The notes below the pieces were generated by a model. The model made no database searches. It saw only the letters and a program-made list of their open reading frames with translations, and was not told the DNA's origin. A DNA stretch of 31,406 nucleotides, taken from Thermodesulfobacteriota bacterium (GTDB lineage: Bacteria; Desulfobacterota; Desulfobacteria; Desulfobacterales; C00003060). Position 1 is the stretch's first letter; each line of letters starts with the position of its first letter. The stretch lies in contig JAXHVD010000031.1 in the NCBI GenBank assembly GCA_034189385.1, positions 1-31,406 of the forward strand. Reading direction: 5' to 3'. Shown here piece by piece: positions 19,893 to 28,391 of this stretch. A program made the position numbers and the translations under genes.

Positions 19893-20756
19893 TTACATTA
19901 GCCTAATGGGTATGGCCGGGGACCGGAGCAATTTATGCATGACTCCCTCTGGTCTATAGTCCGGGCAGTAGGGGCAGAACTGATACCTTTCAGGATTGTA
20001 GTCGTTCATATAGTAGTTAAGCTCTTTGCGCTCCACGGTAAATAGATTGAAGAGAGGATGTTCCATCTCTTGGCGCCAGCAAAAAAAACCATCCCCGTTA
20101 CAGCTCAGCAAAAACTGGGTAAGACGCCGACGACATGGAGTAGAGACATCATTCACGGCAGGGCGCGATTCGTGAAAGTGAAGAAGCTCCGAGAAGAAAA
20201 CTCTTATATCCCAATCCGCCTTCAAAGCTAAAATCCGCTGTCGGGTTTCCTTACTGCAGTAGGGCTTTACCACGGTGACATATAACTTCAGACCAGCCGA
20301 CACGATATGGGGGGCCAGACGCTCCAGGATGTCGATGTTCTTGTGTTCGTCGTCACAGCCCACAGCAATATGATCAAAGGTTTCCAGCACCCTTTGATAT
20401 ATCTTAGGATACCAGCCTCGTTTCCACGACATAGGGATCAGATTTGTGCCAAGGGTCAAGGTAACACGCCCCTTGAAGCGCTCTTTCAGAAATGCACAAA
20501 TCTTCAGAAAACGAGGGTGGATGGTAGGTTCTCCACCGTTAATCTCAAGGGAATGGAAACTGGGCTTATCCATCATGTCCAGGAAATAGGCGATGTCCTC
20601 AACCTCCAGACGGCGGGGATCGTTGTGAAAGAGACAGTATGCGCAGTTGTTAACGCACACGCCGTTGATCTTGATCTTCATACGAGAAGCCCTGAGATTG
20701 GCAACGTGGAAACGATTCAGAAGTGAGGCCAATCTTCTTTCAATCATACAGGGCAA
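19893..20756 (-). CDS. Radical SAM protein with C-terminal twitch/SPASM-like Cys cluster
   Basis: CVNNCAYC, GGEPTIHP, and C-terminal C...NGDGFFC...CPYC. Confidence 0.88.
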   Translation of the reverse strand: MPCMIERRLASLLNRFHVANLRASRMKIKINGVCVNNCAYCLFHNDPRRLEVEDIAYFLDMMDKPSFHSLEINGGEPTIHPRFLKICAFLKERFKGRVTLTLGTNLIPMSWKRGWYPKIYQRVLETFDHIAVGCDDEHKNIDILERLAPHIVSAGLKLYVTVVKPYCSKETRQRILALKADWDIRVFFSELLHFHESRPAVNDVSTPCRRRLTQFLLSCNGDGFFCWRQEMEHPLFNLFTVERKELNYYMNDYNPERYQFCPYCPDYRPEGVMHKLLRSPAIPIRLM

Positions 20757-21101
20757 GATCCTTCCGCTAGGATCCCAAAGGGTGTTTTTATGGGTTGGGC
20801 GAGGTAAGACAGAAGGGATCCTTCTTTTCTTGACAGATACAACGCCACCGGGTCCCTGTCAAGGAGGGGATGGGCACCGGTATTAAGACGAACCGGTGCT
20901 GTTCAAGGCTCCTACGGCAAGAATCTGAGCCTGTCTCGTCCGAACCTGCGTGAACGCTTTCTGCCTTCTCTGAATGCTCCCTGTGTTCCACGGTGGGTCC
21001 ACGGCTGATGTGGATTCGGACTTCACCAAGCTCCAGTTGACTGGGGTCTTCTATTTTTGTATTCATGGATTATCTTGGAGAATGGTAAGGAGATTCCACT
21101 G

Positions 21102-21878
21102 ATGGAATCGTGGACCCAAAACGTGCGTTTGTCTTTCATGGAAACCGATCTTAAGTCCGGTTTCTGGAAAATCCATCACTTTCGCCGCTCTTATCCAAGA
21201 AACGTATATGAGCTTACAGCACATGCATCTATCCTTAAACCAGGGGGCATCCCACACGAACCCCACACCCATGCGGAGGAGGAGTTGATCGTCATTCTCG
21301 CAGGAAGCGTTGAAATCATCACACCAGATTGGGAGATGAAACCTGCCCCTTCTGCTCCCATGGGCCCAGGCTCAATCGTATACCATGATTCCAATCGGGC
21401 GCACACGATCCATAGCGTGGGTTCCCAACCAGCGGTGTATGTGTGTTTGAAATGGACGGGGAAAAGGGCAAGGAAAAGGGTACGGCCTCTTCAGCCCTCC
21501 CTCTTCTTTCCTGAATATGAGACGATGAAAAACTCCAATCCATTTCAAACCAAGACCATATTTGAGTCTCCAACAGACTTCTTAACCAACCTCCATTGCC
21601 ATATGAGCTTGCTGCAGCCTGGAGCTGGCTATGATCCCCACAAAGATGCCCATGATGTTCTTATCATAGTGTTAGATGGAGAAGTAGAGACCCTAGGCCA
21701 AAGAGTGGGGCCAAAGGGGATCATATTCTACCGTGCCGGAGAACCTCACGGCATGAAAAACGTGGGAGACATCAGAGCTCGTTATGTGGTATTTGAGTTT
21801 CATAGACAGGGAAAAGTATTCAAGGGATTTTGGAAATTGGCACGCTTGGCGAGGGTCTTGGCGAGAAAGATACGTTGA
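21102..21878 (+). CDS. Bicupin protein
   Basis: AAGGAG RBS; two cupin motif pairs (PHEPHTHAEEE...HTI and PHKDAHD...PHGMKNVG). Confidence 0.85.
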   Translation: MESWTQNVRLSFMETDLKSGFWKIHHFRRSYPRNVYELTAHASILKPGGIPHEPHTHAEEELIVILAGSVEIITPDWEMKPAPSAPMGPGSIVYHDSNRAHTIHSVGSQPAVYVCLKWTGKRARKRVRPLQPSLFFPEYETMKNSNPFQTKTIFESPTDFLTNLHCHMSLLQPGAGYDPHKDAHDVLIIVLDGEVETLGQRVGPKGIIFYRAGEPHGMKNVGDIRARYVVFEFHRQGKVFKGFWKLARLARVLARKIR

Positions 21879-21891
21879 AGGGTCTTTTAGC

Positions 21892-22106
21892 TAGTGCCCA
21901 TCGACGAACGCCCAAGAAGGAAGTGGGCACTGGCGTCAGTTTCCAATTCAGGCCGCCGTAGTCGGATTCGCAAGGTCAAGAAAATCAACGGATTGCGCGG
22001 AGGTCCGCTGAGACGGATCGCACAAGCGATCCGGCAGACTTGTCAGCCTTGGGCTGATTGACGCTGAGATTGCGGAAAAGGGCTACTTATGGATGGAAAC
22101 CAGCTA
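21892..22106. mobile_element. Composite MITE-like repeat, copy 2
   Basis: Same architecture as 10624-10801 with an extra internal segment; AGCTAGT at both junctions; lies between convergent genes. Confidence 0.75.
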
Positions 22107-22934
22107 GTACTCTGTGAGAACAGGCCTCTGCCGTCTGTACTTTTCGTAGGCTGTTTCCCAGGCCGGTGAGATTGGTTTTCCATGGGCAATACCACGATAG
22201 ACTCTGAACCTTCCACAAAATGGGCATAGCATTTCTGCCTGGTCAGTCATCTCATCATCAGTAGAAGGTAGTTCTCTTCTGCCTATGTCCATCCCGAAAA
22301 CGCGATCTATGCCGGAGGCGTTAGAGCAAAGATAGTATCCATACTTAGACAGCCCCGTGCCACAACTCCACACAACATCACACTTGTTAGAGTAGTCTGC
22401 ATTCTTATAAGCTCGAAGATCTATAGGGGCCACGTTGAATGCATAGAATTCCTTTTGCCGCCTAGATTTCTTATTGGTATTTCTGACCCTCATATCTGAC
22501 GGTAATTGACGTAGTATGTCCTTTACCTCAGGACCAAAACCATTTGTTGCCAGTATCAGCTTTACATCATGATTGCTCTCTCTTTTGTATGAGAAGAACA
22601 TGTCCACTATCTCAAGGATAGCAGGATGGACGGTTGGTTCACCACCCATAAGGACGATTTGCTCCCACTTCCTGGCTTTCTCCTGGGATTCCTTTATGAA
22701 TTTTTCTATCTGCTCAAGGGTCATGTGATCTTTAGCTGGTGCCTGGGAACAAGATCTATTGCAGTTCAAACATTTTAGATTACAGTCAAAGGTGATATTA
22801 ATCTCTATTCTCCTGTGATTGATTCTGTTCTTAGGACCGAAAAGACGGGTGGGTATTTTCAGCAGTCTCTTTGGTGCCAGAAACCTGTCTATCGTGTGAA
22901 GAGATTTGAGAGCGCAAACTCTGGCCCTATTCAT
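22104..22934 (-). CDS. Radical SAM protein
   Basis: CNLKCLNC, GGEPTVHP, ATNG, and C-terminal Cys set (CDVVWSCG, YLC, CPFC); GGAG RBS before the ATG at 22934. Confidence 0.88.
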   Translation of the reverse strand: MNRARVCALKSLHTIDRFLAPKRLLKIPTRLFGPKNRINHRRIEINITFDCNLKCLNCNRSCSQAPAKDHMTLEQIEKFIKESQEKARKWEQIVLMGGEPTVHPAILEIVDMFFSYKRESNHDVKLILATNGFGPEVKDILRQLPSDMRVRNTNKKSRRQKEFYAFNVAPIDLRAYKNADYSNKCDVVWSCGTGLSKYGYYLCSNASGIDRVFGMDIGRRELPSTDDEMTDQAEMLCPFCGRFRVYRGIAHGKPISPAWETAYEKYRRQRPVLTEY

Positions 22935-23040
22935 CTCTCCACTACCTCTTTGCCCTTCTAAGCGCCCGTTAATGGTTGAAAACAATCCCATGAAAGCTGC
23001 CACCTTAGGATGGGTTTGGTGATTGAAATCGCATTATCTG

Positions 23041-24252
23041 CTAGTCCTGCCGCTGATTCTCAGCCAGCTCTGCATATAGGTCTACGGTTTTATCGATCAT
23101 GCGATCTTGGGAGAAGAGCCTTTCCGCTCGCTCACGAGCACGGCGTCCCATTTGAATTCGAAAACCCTCCTCGTCCATCATTGTAGAAATGGCCATTGCT
23201 AAATGACTGGTGTTATGGGCCGGCACAACCAGGCCAGTGACCTTGTGGAGATTGATTTCAGGAAAGGGGCCGAAATCAGATGTTATCAGGGGAGATCCGC
23301 ATGCCATTGCTTCGATCAGGGTCTGGCCGAAACTTTCGTGGGCAACGGAGGCCGATACCGTACAGTCCGTTTTTCGGTATAGGGGGACCACATCTTCCAC
23401 ATAGCCAAGGAACCTGACTTTGGACGACAAGTTCAAGTCTGACACCAACCGTTCCAAGCCTTCTTTGTGTTGCTTCTCCCCATGGCCAGCAATAGACAAG
23501 ACAACATCCTTATTCCGCAACAGGCGTATTGCTCGGACCAGCACGTCCAAGCCTTTCATTGGGTGAAGTCTTCCAACTGCCAAAAGCCGGAAGGGCCTTC
23601 CTTGAGCCGCGGGCTCTCGTTTTTTGTATCCAAATTTCTGCAAATCCACCCCATTCCAGATGAACCGGCACTTGTGGCTAGACAGGTCACAAAGGCGCTG
23701 CCATGCATTGATGCAAGCCAGCGATTTGCTCGCCACAGCGGTATGAAGCTTAGGAATCCATCTGGTAAGGTGGCGTTGGCGGTACCCCTCGTTCTTCCCG
23801 GGGAAGGCGCAACACATACCCAGACAAGGTATTCCCCTTAGCTTGCAGGCAATCCCAGCCACCTCGTAGTATTCATTAATATTCACATGCATGACATCCA
23901 CAGGTTCATGAGAAAAGAGCCGCAAACATGCAGCCAGTTCGCTGGCATCGCAGAGGATGTGTGCTACTCCAGAAGGCGACATTCTCAGGATGCACTTCCT
24001 AAGCCGGCGTGCATGCGGCCCTTTGCTTTTCCCTTCAGACACTCCCCCAGCATGGGCCGGGCCGATCCATTTTGATCTTCTCCAGCTAAGGCATGTAATG
24101 CCCGCCTTCATTGCCTCTTCGAACAACCGGGTTCCGTATATACCAAAAAGGACTGCTTGATGACCCATGTCGCCCATCCTCATCATCAACGACTTGAGGT
24201 ACATTTCCGATCCCCCCCAGCCGTCAACTGAGGTAAAAAAACCAATGCGCAT
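23041..24252 (-). CDS. GT4-family (GT-B) glycosyltransferase
   Basis: GGSEMY, IWNGVD, VGRLHPMKG, ESFGQTLIEAMACG. Confidence 0.93.
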   Translation of the reverse strand: MRIGFFTSVDGWGGSEMYLKSLMMRMGDMGHQAVLFGIYGTRLFEEAMKAGITCLSWRRSKWIGPAHAGGVSEGKSKGPHARRLRKCILRMSPSGVAHILCDASELAACLRLFSHEPVDVMHVNINEYYEVAGIACKLRGIPCLGMCCAFPGKNEGYRQRHLTRWIPKLHTAVASKSLACINAWQRLCDLSSHKCRFIWNGVDLQKFGYKKREPAAQGRPFRLLAVGRLHPMKGLDVLVRAIRLLRNKDVVLSIAGHGEKQHKEGLERLVSDLNLSSKVRFLGYVEDVVPLYRKTDCTVSASVAHESFGQTLIEAMACGSPLITSDFGPFPEINLHKVTGLVVPAHNTSHLAMAISTMMDEEGFRIQMGRRARERAERLFSQDRMIDKTVDLYAELAENQRQD

Positions 24253-25205
24253 CGCTCACTCCAGCAGTCTTCAGTGAGTGGAATAAGTCTTATGGAAGAT
24301 TCATGACACGTTCTTTTTTGGTTCTACTCCATTTCTAGTTGGAAGAAAGGGGGCAGGGGTCCAGTTTGGAAATGCTCTTTTTTTTATCGCATAGTAGGAA
24401 AGGAGGTCTTGTATGTCAAGAAAGAGACTAGCCGCACACATGGTGAAAGCGCGAAAACGGGGCAAAGAATCAAATCATCATTCCAAAGAAAGTTGTCAAT
24501 CAACTCCCTGCGGTGAAGTCCATGTCTAAGTGCAGGGTGGGGCGGTGGCGCTGGCCCCCCTTTTGCTCCTGAAGAAACGGTGCAGAGTGTATCACCTTGG
24601 GCTGGGCATGCAGAGACCTTTCAGCCCGTTGGCTTTACTCCTCCATGGGTCGACCTGGGTTGTCTCACAGACCGAACTTGGATAGGGGGACCCTCCAGAA
24701 TGTCTGCTCAAAAGCTTTCCTGACCAGTGGGGAAGATAGCCCCCTGATGTTCTGTAAAAACCCACAGGAATGGGGTTTGAAAATTAATATTAGTTGCATA
24801 TAGTTTAATATTATATTAAATTAATAATATAATAAATGATCTAATATTATGCATAAAAGATATATAGATAGATGACTCAATGTTTCGCGCCCTTATCAAC
24901 CATATGAAATAATAGCTAAAAATGTGCCATGGCTTCTAGGCGGCGGCGGGGCTCTGGTTCGAGTCTTTTCTATGCCCTTGAAGCCTCGAGATAAAGAAAT
25001 CCGCTTCTTTTCGGCCTTCAATGTCGTTAGTAGCTGTGCAAAGATGGTGGGCGGCAGTGGCTGTAGGCCTTGGTTCAGCGAATTTTCCCATTTAGATTAC
25101 ACTTCCCATAATGAAGTCCCTATGCTACGTAGCAATCCATCATAAGGGGCTCTTTGAGAGGGGTATTTTCTTTCAAGTTTTTCACATCTAGGGGGCATCT
25201 CCCCT

Positions 25206-25234
25206 TTGACACAGATCCAGAAATGTGCTAACCT
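25206..25234 (+). promoter_or_regulatory. Sigma70 promoter of tRNA-Leu
   Basis: TTGACA (25206-25211), 17-nt spacer, extended -10 TGc-TAACCT (25229-25234), 27 nt upstream of the tRNA. Confidence 0.7.
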
Positions 25235-25261
25235 CTTAAGACCATTGTTAAATAGTCAGCC

Positions 25262-25350
25262 GCCTGGGTGGCGGAATAGGTAGACGCAAGGGACTTAAAA
25301 TCCCTCGGAGCATAGTCTCTGTACGAGTTCGATCCTCGTCCCAGGCACCA
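25262..25350 (+). tRNA. tRNA-Leu (anticodon UAA)
   Basis: Acceptor GCCTGGG/CCCAGGC plus ACCA; anticodon arm AGGGA-CTTAAAA-TCCCT; long variable arm; T arm ACGAG-TTCGATC-CTCGT. Confidence 0.97.
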
Positions 25351-25358
25351 AGAAACAA

Positions 25359-26462
25359 CTACTTAGCCACTCCCTTGAGCCTACCATTTACGCCACCCTT
25401 ACAAATTGTGCCCGAAACTGTGCCCGTGCCCATTTGAGATTTCAGGTATTCCTCTTGCTTACGTGCTGCCAGTTTCAGGTCTGTGTCATTCACGATGTTG
25501 TAACGGTCAAAGACCGATCTTGTCTTGTGGCCTGAGATCATCATGGCCACCCTTTCAGGCACCCCTGAACGGACCATATTTCTGACAGCCGTTCTCCTGA
25601 AGTCGTGAAAAAGGCGCTTGCCAATGCCGGCATCATCACAAGCCTTTGTCCAGGCCCCCCGAAAGTCCTTGACCGTGCCATGGCCGTCTTTGCCCGGGAA
25701 AACGTGAGGGGTCAGCTTCTTTCGTCGCTTCCGGGCCTTCCATTGGCCCTTGAAAACGTCCCTCAGTTCATCGTCAAGATAGACGGTCCGGGCTTCATCG
25801 TTCTTGGTTTCTCCTGTCTCAAGTCTCACAATGCCTTGCTTTAGATCCACTTGGCCCCAGGTGAGGTTCCTGATTTCGGACACTCTCCATCCGGTCTTGT
25901 ATGCGAAAGTGACAAACCCCCTTAAATAAGAGGGAAGGGCCTTTCTCAAGGCCACAAAGTCCCCATGTTCAAAAAATCCCTTGCGGACATTGTTTTCCTT
26001 GAGCATGGGAATATAGGGGACCCTGTCCACTTTTGGAGGGGTTTGACGCGCCCCCAGGTTCAACAGACGCTTCAGGGCCGACAGTTCTCGGTTGACTGTA
26101 GCATTGGCCGCACCTTCCTTGAGTCTCTTTTCAATAAAGTCACCTATCCGAGGGGACGTTATATCCCTCACCTTGTCCCCCTTGAAAGTGGCCTTCAAGC
26201 GCTTGACGCTTCGCTCGGCCCTGTCCAGAGACTTCTTTTGATTGATCCTGTAGTCTCTAAGGAAGTCCTCTGCCAGTTCATCAAACTTGACCCGGTCAAA
26301 GTATATCCCTGGCAGCTTACCGGCTGAAATTTCGCCTTCACGCTTCCTGAGAAGGCGCTTTGCATCGGCCTCTTTATGGCTCTTGGATGACTCCCTGTAG
26401 GGTTTGCCGTTCCGGTAATACTTGACCCAATAAACTTGGCCCCGTTTGTAGATCATGCCCAT
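25359..26462 (-). CDS. Tyrosine recombinase / phage-type integrase
   Basis: N-terminal arm-binding-like domain; catalytic R (TGWRVSE), K (ETKN), HDFRR, SGH and Y (FDRYN). Confidence 0.95.
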   Translation of the reverse strand: MGMIYKRGQVYWVKYYRNGKPYRESSKSHKEADAKRLLRKREGEISAGKLPGIYFDRVKFDELAEDFLRDYRINQKKSLDRAERSVKRLKATFKGDKVRDITSPRIGDFIEKRLKEGAANATVNRELSALKRLLNLGARQTPPKVDRVPYIPMLKENNVRKGFFEHGDFVALRKALPSYLRGFVTFAYKTGWRVSEIRNLTWGQVDLKQGIVRLETGETKNDEARTVYLDDELRDVFKGQWKARKRRKKLTPHVFPGKDGHGTVKDFRGAWTKACDDAGIGKRLFHDFRRTAVRNMVRSGVPERVAMMISGHKTRSVFDRYNIVNDTDLKLAARKQEEYLKSQMGTGTVSGTICKGGVNGRLKGVAK

Positions 26463-26690
26463 CTAGTCTTCACCCCCTTTGGGTTCCTTGAACAAGTAGT
26501 TCAAAACGTCATTCTGCACGTCAATCACGTCTTGCAATATGTCCGCCACCCCCGCAAAGTAGATTTCACTTACTATGGGCCTATCCTTTGTGGCCTGGAC
26601 CCCGGCCTCATAGATAACCTGAGCAGAGCCCTGTAAGACGCTTACCTGATTCTGTGCTTTTGTGAGCCGATCATATAAGTTTTCACTCAT
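26463..26690 (-). CDS. Small hypothetical protein
   Basis: AAAGGAAGG RBS before MSENLYD; its stop codon directly abuts the integrase ATG. Confidence 0.65.
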   Translation of the reverse strand: MSENLYDRLTKAQNQVSVLQGSAQVIYEAGVQATKDRPIVSEIYFAGVADILQDVIDVQNDVLNYLFKEPKGGED

Positions 26691-26706
26691 CCTGCACCTT
26701 CCTTTC

Positions 26707-26771
26707 TCATTCCCCTTAAGGCTCAATTCCACGAGCTTTGATCATTCCCCTTAAGGCTCAATTCCACGAGC
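26707..26771. repeat. 30-bp perfect direct repeat, 35-bp period
   Basis: TCATTCCCCTTAAGGCTCAATTCCACGAGC at 26707-26736 and 26742-26771. Confidence 0.95.
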
Positions 26772-26950
26772 CTCAGTTTGGCTTCAAAAAGCTCTAGAGC
26801 GTCCACGTTCTTTTCGTCGGCTTCCTCCACAAGGGCAAGCAATGTATCCTGTGCCTCTTCCCTTAGTGACTCCCAAAACCGCCTTAGCCTGTGCCTTTCT
26901 TCCATCTCTTCGTCTGTCATTGGAATGCCCGCAAGCTCACCTTTACCCAT
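26723..26950 (-). CDS. Small acidic helical hypothetical protein
   Basis: AAAGGGGGT RBS before MGKGELAG; lies in the same leftward operon as the integrase. Confidence 0.65.
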   Translation of the reverse strand: MGKGELAGIPMTDEEMEERHRLRRFWESLREEAQDTLLALVEEADEKNVDALELFEAKLRLVELSLKGNDQSSWN

Positions 26951-27052
26951 CAAATCACCCCCTTTCTCAATTTGCCCATACTCGGACATGCACCAAGCCG
27001 AGATCGTCCAAATTTCGCAGCCTGGTGAAGCCTGGTAGGGCTGTAGAAATAG

Positions 27053-27110
27053 AAAACCCCGGGAATCCAGGGTCCGCCAAGACCTTGCCCTTTCGGGCTC
27101 CCAGGGTTTC
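27053..27110 (-). ncRNA. c4-like antisense RNA (three-way junction)
   Basis: Minus strand: closing stem AAACCCTGGGA/TCCCGGGGTTT, hairpin GCCC-GAAA-GGGC, hairpin GGTC-TTGGCG-GACC, then TGGATT. TGGCGG and TGGATT are complementary to upstream CCGCCA and AATCCA (27136-27150). Confidence 0.7.
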
Positions 27111-27159
27111 AGTGTTATGGCAGCTTGTGTTTTCATGGCGGTTTTGGATTTGGGTTAAA

Positions 27160-27197
27160 GGTGATACAGTGATATCACCGCATAAAGTGTATGTCAA
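27160..27197 (-). promoter_or_regulatory. Leftward promoter with palindromic operator
   Basis: Minus-strand TTGACA (27197-27192), 17 nt, TATCAC. The palindrome GGTGATA-N6-TATCACC (27160-27179) overlaps the -10/+1 region. Confidence 0.6.
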
Positions 27198-27243
27198 GCG
27201 GTTTCTGTTGATAATCTGGCAGAAATGGAATATGTGTCTTTTT

Positions 27244-27408
27244 ATGGCCACCGAAAAGCCCAGGATTCTCATAACCGTTGATAAAGACTTCCTAAAACGG
27301 ATTGATGATTTCCGTTTTGATAACCGGATAAACACCCGGTCAGAGGCCGTTCGCCGCCTCATAGACGAAGCCCTCAAAAAGTACGAGAAGAAGGGCAAGG
27401 GGAAATAG
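27244..27408 (+). CDS. Ribbon-helix-helix (CopG-like) regulator
   Basis: MATEKPRILITVDKDFLKRIDDFRFDNRINTRSEAVRRLIDEAL; divergent from the integrase operon. Confidence 0.85.
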   Translation: MATEKPRILITVDKDFLKRIDDFRFDNRINTRSEAVRRLIDEALKKYEKKGKGK

Positions 27409-27429
27409 CCACCACACAGGGAAAAGCCA

Positions 27430-27702
27430 GTGGGAGAACAGTTGAAAGGCACCATCAAGAAAGGAGATAGCATCCTATTTAAAGACATTGAGATTTGGCT
27501 CGGTATTCCCGAAAAAAAGACGTTCTCGTCCCTTGTGGGAGGATTTTTTGAGTTTCCACAAAGCCAGTTCATTGACGTAGGCGGCCCCTACCAGCTTATC
27601 CTGGAAGATGGACGTAGCGGTGAAATTGACGTTATGGCTTTGAACGGAGATGTACAAATAGGATTTACAGCACTCTTCACTTCCGCTCGCGGTTTTTCTT
27701 AG
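27430..27702 (+). CDS. Hypothetical protein
   Basis: Plausible beta-rich 90-aa ORF co-oriented with the RHH gene; start uncertain. Confidence 0.55.
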   Translation: MGEQLKGTIKKGDSILFKDIEIWLGIPEKKTFSSLVGGFFEFPQSQFIDVGGPYQLILEDGRSGEIDVMALNGDVQIGFTALFTSARGFS

Positions 27703-28092
27703 GGTCCTCAATCCTCATCCACAATCTTCTTAAGCCACTTATCAGCCACTTCCTCAATCCCCGGGCCAATCTCTTCCTCTGCTGGAAGCATCGCGGAGCA
27801 TGCCCATAAGCTTGTTGATCCACTCGACTACGTAGTTTCGCCTACGTAGTTTTCGCGTCAAAATATGGTTACTTTGTGCCATTGATTTCCTCTTTATGGT
27901 GTGGTACGCACCCTCATGTAGGACTTGGTCAGTCAATAGCTGGTTTTCTTTGACGTATTTTTGCATCATTCCAGAGTCACCCGCGTGAATACACACCTCA
28001 AATGCTGCTTACCTAGCTCCTGACAGGGCATCGTCTGTTCTGTTGGGAGATACAACAATCCACGAGAACAAAAACCGAGAGGGAGGAGAGAG

Positions 28093-28368
28093 ATGAAAAG
28101 AAAAGCAAATGTTTTGGCAGTGGGCTTAGCCTCAGCAGCGTTGCTCTTAGCCAGCATGATAGGGTCCGGTTGCTCCAGTTCCACAGAAAAGGTTCCGCCT
28201 CCCAGCGCTGAGGAGCGTGGCAAGGGTCTTTACCCCAGCGACACGCTTTATCCGAGCGAGACTCTGTATCCTAGTGATGAGACTCAACGTGGCAATGATC
28301 TTTGCCCAAGTGATGATCTTCATCCTAGCGAAGACCTTTATCCAGGCGGAGGGAAAAAGCCTAAATAG
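28093..28368 (+). CDS. Small lipoprotein with LYPS(D/E)x hexapeptide repeats
   Basis: GGAGG RBS; signal peptide with lipobox-like GSGC; six L(Y/C/H)P(S/G)xx units. Confidence 0.75.
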   Translation: MKRKANVLAVGLASAALLLASMIGSGCSSSTEKVPPPSAEERGKGLYPSDTLYPSETLYPSDETQRGNDLCPSDDLHPSEDLYPGGGKKPK

Positions 28369-28391
28369 AGTTGGGATTTATTAAGAGCACC

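Noticed and set aside
19893..22934. Either radical SAM being the SbtM maturase
   Set aside because: Both are under 300 aa with no visible extra precursor-binding domain and lie 6-9 kb from the peptide; nothing supports the assignment.
27173..27181. Lambda operator half-site TATCACCGC
   Set aside because: The neighbouring regulator is RHH, not a lambda CI-type HTH; the match is better explained by the local palindrome or by chance.
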